A stretch of DNA of 64,000 nucleotides from Eutreptiella sp. 'Long Island Sound 2002' (lineage: Eukaryota; Protista; Euglenida), in the NCBI GenBank assembly GCA_964036045.1, contig OZ038378.1:187302001-187366000 (forward strand), written 5' to 3'. Numbering within the stretch: the first letter of the stretch is position 1; each line of letters starts with the position of its first letter. Under the pieces are notes generated by a model. The model did not search any database. It was not told the origin of the DNA and saw only the letters and a list, made by a program, of their open reading frames with translations. The position numbers and the translations under genes were made by a program. Positions 59,001-64,000 of the stretch are shown here, piece after piece.

Positions 59001-62000
59001 AAGTCCGGAATCGGCATTCTTGCAGCATGCAGTTCCCCACGCATTACAGGCCTCTGAGCAGCCCAGCCTCAATGGAGACCAGGGCGCTTGTGTGGGCCCT
59101 AGTGCACGGGGCACGCACGGCACAAGTACTCCCCCTGGTGCAGGAATTAGGTGAGATCTTCAATGGAACATTCTGGATAAACTCGAGCGATTCAGCCAAT
59201 GCTCCATGGCCGTATACCCTACACCTCGCACACAAACCCTCTTCAATCCCTTGGGATGTCTTGCCTCCATTGCTCAGGCTGTACTATCGTACGAACTCTG
59301 TTCCATGGCACTGTCCTAAGCGGCGCTGATTTCGAAGCTGCTTTGCTTCAGGATGTCAACTTTCAAGACCTTAATTTGTCCGATACCAATTTCAGCGAAG
59401 CCACGCTCGCGGCAGTTGACCTTCGAGGCGCAGTGCTCCAGCGCAGCCATTGGCGGGGAGCTGTGATCCGGGGCATTGCAGTCGAGGGCGTTGATATGTC
59501 AAACGTGGACCTCGCTGACCTTGACCTCTCAGGTTCTGATGTGCTGCAGTGACATGCAGGTAACTGGACAAATGGTACCACAATCAGTAAGAGCTGGGGC
59601 ACCAAAATGAAGGGGACCTCACAACACCCCCCCACAAAATCAATACCCCTGCCCCAAAAAATTGATACCCTCAGCCCCCGACTTAATGGGCGTTGTGCCA
59701 AAATCTGTACGCCCTTGGGGTCCCTACAAGCAAACGGAACACGAACAAATCCGTGCAACAGGTTCAGCACCGCTGCAGAGGTCACTTGAATTTGGTCTGC
59801 TTCATCACGTTGGAAACCCTGGCAGAGGCGTGGGCCACAGTTCGAAATCAGATGCAGAATCTGAGTGTTCCATGCACCCAACACACTCCAAAACCGAATG
59901 ACAGAAAATGAAGATGCAGCACCTCCCCGCCCGAAATTCATACCCCCCCTGGCCTTACCTAGCGTTTTGCGAAAGTCTGTACCCTGGGGTATTGATTTTT
60001 CTTGAGGGGGGGCGAATTTGGTCACCTGATGGCTCATGGTGTGTGGATTACCCCCCCAAAAAAGGTGTGTATTACGTGCCAGTGGTTGATCTACTTGATC
60101 CACACGCCCGCACGGGACCCACAACTGCCACCCAGGCAGTGCGTCCCCATTGCTCGACCCCCGGCCTCCGTCGCCCTCCTCCCATTGCCCCGCCTCCATC
60201 GCCGCCCGCACCTGCCCCTGCGCCTCCTCCTGCCCCCCCAATCGCTGCCTCTGCAGGTCTCGACTGGCGCCGCGCCAAGTTGACCGGGTCTGATTTGTCC
60301 CGCTCCAATTTGGCAAATTGCAACTTTTTGCAGGCGGACCTGTCGGGCGTGCTCCTGCGCGGGGCGGTGCTGCACGGGGCGCAGCTGCGCGGCTCCATCA
60401 TGGCGCGGGCGAATCTGCAGCACCAGCTTTTAGCAGGTCTGCGTTCGGTTGCAGTGCCGCTTGACTGCGTGCAGGACAACGGCCTCCAGGGGGCGCCCAC
60501 TTACCGTTGGTGGCGTGCGCCATCCTGTTGCGGATGGTCTGCAGGAGGGGCCTGGGCTGGGGGGGTACGCGGAGGGTGAGTACAAAGAGCGTTGCAGTGT
60601 GCAGGACATGAGGAAGTGGATATGGGGTGTGAGCGATGTGTGTGCGCCGCTGACCTCTGCGGAACGAAACGAAATTGGGTGCCCATTGGGTGATGGGTGG
60701 CCTGCTCACACCGGGCCAGACCCCACGCCCCCTCAGCCCCCCCCCCCCCCCCCCAAACCCACACCGACGGAGATCAATGAGAACAACCGACTGGGGCCCC
60801 AGTGGCGGCCGGAAAACCTTTTTAGCCTCTGTGCACCGTGAGTCCCCCCATTTGCCCTGTTTCTCTGCAAATTCCACCCCATTTCCCCCCATTTTCCGTA
60901 TGATAAAAATTCTGATAAAACGGGGAATTCAATGCCCCCTAAACCCGAAAAGAAATCACCTCGAAGAGAGGTTGTTAGATCAAGCGCAGGCGCGGGCGTC
61001 GTATACCCCCCCCTTCTTGGGAGGTTTTCGCGTATCATACCCCAAGTTGTGGTTTCGGATGTCCGACCCCCTTGTAAAATCCTCATTTTGGGACAGAAAA
61101 TGATCCCGCAATGAAATTTTTTGATTTTGACCCCCCTACCCCCCATACCCGGATACCCCTTTTTGGGGGGAGGGGGGGGTCAAAAATTCTTTGTGTATTG
61201 CGGCCGCTGTGTGTGGATTTGGACCTGGGTCCTGAACAACTGGTTTCTTGTATATGGACCCCCTAACCCATGGCGGGGGTCCTGGGTCCAAACTCCGGTA
61301 ACCCCCGGTTGGCCCCCCTATGGGCCCTTGCCGGTAAGGACTTAGCCGTTTTCATGCTGCATGGGCTGTTTAGTGGCACCTAACAAATACTTCAAACCAG
61401 GTGCCAGTGAACCGCCTGCAAACAGCATTATTCCGGGGTTTGGGGGCCCATGGCCCTGGATACACGAGCCTAGTAGCCACTATGTGGGTCCCTATGGGTG
61501 CTCAAGTACCCATATTGTCACCAAATGATCACCCAAACCCATCCCAGGGGCGACAGTTTTTTTTATTCTGACCATTTGCAATGATGAAAATCTCCTATTT
61601 CAAGCATGTTTAAGACCCTCTTTATGCGTTTCTCACCCTATTTGGGTGTTTGGTCGGGGGTGGGGTCTTCTGAATGACTTCATGACTAACTGACTTATTG
61701 ACTGACTGTGCTCCCTCCCTCTTCGAGGTGCCTTGCCGATAGGCAATAGAATTTAGCCTACGCCCCCGCCCCCCCCTCTGGACCCTCCTGCCCATGCCGC
61801 GGGGGCTGGGGTCCGGCACTGAATTGGACCGCTCCTCCGTGATGTGGCCTCCCCAAGGCCTCCTGCAATGTTGCAGCATGGGCCCTTACAAGGCCTTCTG
61901 TTTGGGCAATTTCGATTTTCGATTTTCGATTTTCGAAATATTGAGGCTCAAAAGTGCTCAACCTGCTGCTGCACTAGCCTCTACGCCCCCCCCCCCCCCC

Positions 62001-63134
62001 CAAAGCACCCAACGGCCAAACAGCGTGCAAAGCACATGAAAGAAGGTGTAAAACATACTTTACTTCTGATGTTCGATCATTGACTCCTCAGAATATCAAA
62101 AAAATCCATTCTTGAAGTTTTTACTCTTGTGAGCTATTGAGGCTGGAAAACCCCCTTTTCTGACCCTGTTTTTCTAAGTGCAGCCACTCATTTCGCGTTT
62201 TTCAAACGAGCCATGGCCGGCCACAGACAGGGCTCTGTAGGCTGCAGACCATGCCCTTGTGCATCCTACCATGGGTACACTGTCACAACTGTGGGCGCTG
62301 AGTTATGTCAGAGACATCAGGAAGAGTGGGCAGTGCAAACTTCAGTAAACAGATTCGGAGCGGACAGGCCAACAAACGCATGAGCAGATGGGTAAGGGGG
62401 GGCGGAGTACGCAGAGAAACAAGGAGTGTCACCAAGAGAGACAGTGACAAGAACACCGGTCCTCCAAGGGACAACATACCGCGGGCTTTAGGGGCAGTAC
62501 CCCGACGGGGACCCGCTGCGCGCGCCCGCTGTGGAGGCCAGCAGCAAATGCCGCAACCGTGCTACTGCGGAATCCAAAGCTGCGAAGCTGTCGCTTTGGG
62601 TTCCGGGTTTGGGCAGGTTTGGGTTCGGCAACGAACGCAAACCTGCACCATTTCTATGTCCTGCACAGAAGGTGCCTCCATCCTCCCCAACTCCCCCCGC
62701 CCCACCCTCCCTCCCAACCCCCCTGCTCCCTTCTCGTCCTCGTTCTCCTAAGCCCCCCCCCCCTTCTCACACCCACAACGTGCCGCCCATCCACCAGGCT
62801 CCCCCTCTTTCGCACAGGCCATGTCCTGAGCAACGTTGACTTGACCAGTGCCGATCTGACCCACGCGGACCTTTGCGGCGCCGATCTCAGCAACAGCGTC
62901 CTCCGGGGCTGTGATCTGTCCGGGGCGCGGCTGCGCGGGGCGCGGCTCTGTGCCCTGGACCTGCGGCACCGCAGTCTGGCCGGCTTCGACCTGTGCGCCT
63001 GCGACCTGTCCGGCTCGGACCTGTCGAGTGCGGACCTCTCGGGGGCAAACCTCTCGGGCGCGGTCCTGACGGGCGTCAACATCACCGGCGCCTCCTTCAG
63101 CCGCGCGCTGTTGGTGGATGTGGATTTGCAGCGG
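16661..63134 (+). CDS. Giant KCTD9-like BTB/POZ plus pentapeptide-repeat protein; 19 exons, at least 1706 aa; 3' end either outside the window or read-through to TAG at 63323
   Basis: All 18 introns are GT-AG and every donor/acceptor pair has matching phase. The spliced frame has no stops and keeps the A(D/N)LXX pentapeptide register across junctions. Confidence 0.88.
17617..17975 (+). CDS. Exon 2: pentapeptide repeats
   Basis: GTGCAG|T acceptor (phase 2). ADLSGANLADADLAFADFTNAIL. Donor TCGG|GTACC (phase 1). Confidence 0.85.
19400..19570. repeat. Dispersed C(A/G)ACCG-rich repeat family; related segments at about 25270-25400 (inverted), 44160-44225 and 45105-45265
   Basis: Recurrent GCAACCG/CCAACCG/CAGCCG units, similar by eye between the copies. 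Confidence 0.55.
19662..20291 (+). CDS. Exon 3: pentapeptide repeats (630 nt)
   Basis: AACAG|GT acceptor and TCAG|GTTTG donor, phase 1-1. Confidence 0.92.
21584..21692. repeat. 20-bp minisatellite CCGCTTCAGCCCATTTGAAA, about 5.5 copies
   Basis: Direct tandem units visible in intron 3. Confidence 0.95.
21903..22029 (+). CDS. Exon 4: pentapeptide repeats
   Basis: TTTTCAG|GG acceptor. VDLRGFDFSDMDLSQVDFSGADLS. CCAG|GTTCC donor, phase 1-2. Confidence 0.88.
22631..23500. mobile_element. hAT/CGGBP1-like transposase remnant, partly inverted
   Basis: Plus strand RFPNEP..WCLACE. Minus strand ASGIPVEKLDHPVMRAFLRKYT and KLRGQSISLVFDGW. Confidence 0.6.
24104..24395 (+). CDS. Exon 5: pentapeptide repeats
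   Basis: ACATCAG|G acceptor (phase 2) and CCAG|GTTTTG donor (phase 0). Confidence 0.88.
24552..25121 (+). CDS. Exon 6: pentapeptide repeats (570 nt)
   Basis: TTGCAG|GGG acceptor and TGCAG|GTCTG donor, phase 0-0. Confidence 0.92.
27294..27487 (+). repeat. 194-bp element starting CAGGGTTGG, copy 1 (intron 6)
   Basis: Near-identical to 28922-29115. Internal CCGAATATTTCCGAA repeats. Confidence 0.95.
27851..28108 (+). CDS. Exon 7: pentapeptide repeats
   Basis: CCCTGTAG|GGG acceptor and CGAG|GTGTG donor, phase 0-0. Confidence 0.9.
28543..28720 (+). CDS. Exon 8: pentapeptide repeats
   Basis: GTGCAG|GCT acceptor and TCAG|GTCCTG donor, phase 0-1. Confidence 0.9.
28922..29115 (+). repeat. 194-bp element starting CAGGGTTGG, copy 2 (intron 8)
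   Basis: About 6 mismatches to 27294-27487 by eye. Confidence 0.95.
29797..30144 (+). CDS. Exon 9: pentapeptide repeats
   Basis: CCTCAG|GG acceptor and GCAG|GTGTG donor, phase 1-1. Confidence 0.9.
31289..31470 (+). CDS. Exon 10: pentapeptide repeats
   Basis: TTTCACAG|GG acceptor and GCAG|GTCGC donor, phase 1-0. Confidence 0.88.
31760..32280 (+). repeat. Dispersed MITE-like family (C-run, GGCGCCGAA, CAAAAATGGGTGAAAAA); related copies at 54770-55330 and 56700-56870, partial at 26130-26180 and about 29400-29760
   Basis: Shared blocks CCTC(C/T)AGACCC(C/T)C(C/A)AAAGTT, AATTTGAGGTTTTGGGG, TATACTCAAAAT and TTCAAAAATGGGTGAAAAACA. Confidence 0.75.
33897..34058 (+). CDS. Exon 11: pentapeptide repeats
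   Basis: CTGCAG|TCT acceptor and GCAG|GTGTC donor, phase 0-0. Confidence 0.87.
35467..35513. repeat. 16-bp tandem repeat CATACACATGGCTC(G/T)T, 3 copies
   Basis: Directly visible. Confidence 0.9.
35645..35824 (+). CDS. Exon 12: pentapeptide repeats (180 nt)
   Basis: CTGCAG|GGT acceptor and GAAG|GTTCTG donor, phase 0-0. Confidence 0.87.
37520..37616. repeat. Tandem duplication of about 48 bp
   Basis: GATGA(C/G)CTTTGATGCCTCAGAGCTTTCC..CCTGTATTCCCGTGGACGA occurs twice. Confidence 0.9.
38943..39303 (+). CDS. Exon 13: pentapeptide repeats
   Basis: ATGCAG|GCG acceptor and CAAG|GTCCTG donor, phase 0-1. Confidence 0.9.
40073..41830 (+). CDS. Intronless ankyrin-repeat protein (13 repeats) with Pro-rich N-terminus and Tyr/Gly/Pro/Ser low-complexity tail, 585 aa; nested in intron 13 of the pentapeptide gene
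   Basis: Open frame with repeats of the TP(L/F)HAACxxGHxxVVxxLL..VDVNQP type. First ATG after a C-run-AAACAG acceptor-like site (AG at 40052-40053). Confidence 0.92.
   Translation: MAMYAPHYPAQPPRGPMPGPPVPPVPQAPQGRAYKFFYACYYGDDETVSSMLARSDVDIHFENAEEYGQTPLLAACERGHSAVAQGLLSCGHYDAFRLNGVRGAGVTPLYVASCNGHAVIVEALLANPDVDPNQPVNGVTPLGAACVRGHLAVLEACLMDPRVNPNQPGPGGETPLFVACRAGFPDVVAMLLADERVFVNQPDGRGVTPLHVCCQEGHGEVLLHLLKCQHVDATILNHPGNVGRQTPFHAACAGGHRDVVTQLLADSRTQVNLVAAGGATPFLAACRAGNAAVVALLAASDGVELDQPDGSGATPLHAACAQGHAAVVELLAGLERLDVNQRDRSGMTAFYAACWAGSVPAVAALVSSPQVDVNAPALGGVTPLHAACWEGHVEVVTLLLGEARVDLNEPGGVFTQTPFHAACWQGHLAVVQQLLQAPGVDTARPDRDGIPPIQAAARQGHTAIVQLLTDTAGGGAADLPASTAAPSAMHNSTAMNGHRPLPMVGMGYSPSGSAYAPDPYIDFQGSPLGLGEYGLGSPVGNGYGLELGGSPLGPTDYAPMSPGGNGYGMMPFPGYAPRKEHIGGM
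43733..44030 (+). repeat. Direct repeats of about 68 bp (43733-43800 and 43888-43958) plus a partial third copy, followed by AATAAAA
   Basis: GTTG(T/C)GGATGCCAGA..TTCTGGAGGGTA(A/G)CGACCATCGCTGAT(C/T)TATGGCCAAGCAACGCCAGAC. Confidence 0.9.
44294..44326. repeat. (CAGCA)n microsatellite
   Basis: About 6 units. Confidence 0.95.
44585..44741. repeat. Compound (TGTGC/TGTGG)n microsatellite
   Basis: About 30 pentamer units with variants. Confidence 0.95.
46625..46768. repeat. Alternating purine-pyrimidine tract, (CA)n interspersed with (CG)n
   Basis: ACACACAC..CGCGCACGCGCGCGCGCACACAC..CGCGCGCGCGCACACAC. Confidence 0.95.
48335..48628 (+). mobile_element. Possible hAT transposase remnant
   Basis: LGLIIDG..KYYAVT resembles the first catalytic Asp region of hAT transposases (LTTDGW..SY.AVT). 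Heavily degraded. Confidence 0.3.
50992..51062 (+). pseudogene. tRNA-Gly(CCC)-like pseudogene or tRNA-derived SINE head
   Basis: Aligns to a Gly tRNA pattern: D arm GTGGAGTGGCAACAC, CTCGT-CCCCCAC-CCGGG, T loop TTCGAAT. The acceptor stem does not pair. Confidence 0.6.
51539..51688 (+). CDS. Exon 14: pentapeptide repeats (150 nt)
   Basis: TTTTCAG|GT acceptor and GAAG|GTGTG donor, phase 1-1. Confidence 0.85.
52400..52620 (+). mobile_element. Possible tyrosine-recombinase catalytic-motif remnant
   Basis: TYHSWVR followed, after a frameshift, by GAAVAY (HxxR-GA-like). Degraded. Confidence 0.3.
53731..53807 (+). CDS. Exon 15: pentapeptide repeats (77 nt; below the ORF-track size cutoff)
   Basis: TTCTCAG|GT acceptor. 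GANLMGVDLCGVDFSDANLSGTDFRQ. ACAG|GTGTT donor, phase 1-0. Confidence 0.85.
57759..57906 (+). CDS. Exon 16: pentapeptide repeats
   Basis: TTCTCAG|GCC acceptor and TCAG|GTGTG donor, phase 0-1. Confidence 0.87.
59278..59532 (+). CDS. Exon 17: pentapeptide repeats (255 nt)
   Basis: GCTCAG|GC acceptor and TCAG|GTTCTG donor, phase 1-1. Confidence 0.87.
60257..60436 (+). CDS. Exon 18: pentapeptide repeats (180 nt)
   Basis: CTGCAG|GT acceptor and GCAG|GTCTG donor, phase 1-1. Confidence 0.87.
62818..63134 (+). CDS. Exon 19: pentapeptide repeats (3' boundary uncertain)
   Basis: GCACAG|GC acceptor (phase 1). Candidate donor CGG|GTGTGC at 63135; otherwise the frame stays open to TAG at 63321-63323. Confidence 0.85.
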
Positions 63135-63939
63135 GTGTGCCGGGGGTTGTGTGCAGCATGCACACGCGACGTCCGGGGGGCGGCTCTTGCGCGCGCCTGG
63201 TGCGCACGCGGTGCGCACGGCGACGGAGGATGTGCCATTCGGGCTGTCATTGTGGCTGCCGGCGCGCACGGGTTGCTCGGCGCTTCAACTTCACACCTTC
63301 GAGCGGTAACTCCGCGGCTTTAGATTCCCGGGCGGCCCCGTCTGACCATCCCCCTCTGGATGCGGCATGTGAAGCCCCCGTCTGCCGAGCGATGCGGGGG
63401 CGCTGCCGAGGTGAGGGGGGGAGGGGCGTGGTCTCTTGACCCTCCCCTAACGACGACCACCCTGGCGACCGTCCTTAGGCAGCGATGGTTCCCATCGTCG
63501 CCATAAGTAGGGAGGGACCACAGCCCAGTAGGGTGCAGGATTTGGAGGGGTTTTCCGGGTTCCACGTGTGCAGTAGTGGGCAGCGCAATTCCGCAGGGGG
63601 CACCACAGCGGCCGCGCCGCCCCACATGGGGCCTGGGATTTCTATTGCCGGGATCATCCGAAAAAGGTATTTGCAAGTTGAGTAGCGGGCAGCGATGATT
63701 TAGGGGGGTCAGCCCACATGGGGTTTCCAAATCTGGAAACCCCCGGCTTCTGGCAACAAACTTACAGTGTTTGTGTTGCTTCCCAGGACTGTGGGTCAGG
63801 CCGAGTCGAGGATAGTTGGCGGGTAGCCGGGTTCGAACTGAATACGAACGTTGCTGAAACGGAGATACCTGCTCCAGTGGTGGGTTGAGCGGCCCCTCCG
63901 GGCTCGAACACGCCACTTCTCAGGGCCTTCGCTGCGTGT

Positions 63940-64000
63940 CACTGGATGGGGATGGGAATCGAACCCGTGGCGAGACGCCTACGATGTTATGCCTCAGACC
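63940..64000 (-). pseudogene. tRNA-derived (SINE-like) head, truncated by the window edge
   Basis: Minus strand GGTCTGAGGC...ACGGGTTCGATTCCCAT (D-loop-like plus B box/T arm). The anticodon arm does not pair. Confidence 0.5.

Noticed and set aside
17005-62817. Euglenid non-conventional (non-GT-AG, stem-paired) introns
   Set aside because: Looked for because of the likely lineage, but every junction is explained by GT-AG boundaries.
17609-63323. Treating each pentapeptide ORF in the track as an independent small gene or pseudogene
   Set aside because: They lack their own ATG starts and stops at the repeat boundaries, while GT-AG sites bound them exactly and all phases chain consistently.

Overview
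Repeat-rich eukaryotic (protist) genomic DNA, most likely a euglenid. That assignment is inferred from the GT-[G/C/T]-Y-G splice donors, polypyrimidine-AG sites upstream of start codons, and the tyrosine-recombinase retroelement and MITE landscape. The dominant feature is one very large plus-strand gene from 16661 to at least 63134, which I assembled by hand. It has 19 exons joined by 18 GT-AG introns whose phases all agree, giving at least 5118 nt (1706 codons). It encodes an N-terminal T1/KCTD-type BTB domain followed by about 1580 aa of almost uninterrupted pentapeptide repeats (about 315 units), i.e. a greatly extended KCTD9-like protein. Its 12.2-kb intron 13 contains a separate intronless, GC-rich 13-ankyrin-repeat gene on the same strand (40073-41830). 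A second intronless ankyrin gene lies at 4889-6748. The rest is transposon-derived: a decayed YR-type (DIRS-order) retrotransposon with terminal direct repeats (1-3230), a LINE-type RNase H split by a 573-bp MITE with a 5-bp TSD, C-run-terminated MITEs, hAT/CGGBP1-like and possible KDZ remnants, two tRNA-derived (SINE-like) heads, mini- and microsatellites, and palindromes. No rRNA, intact tRNA or CRISPR array was seen.
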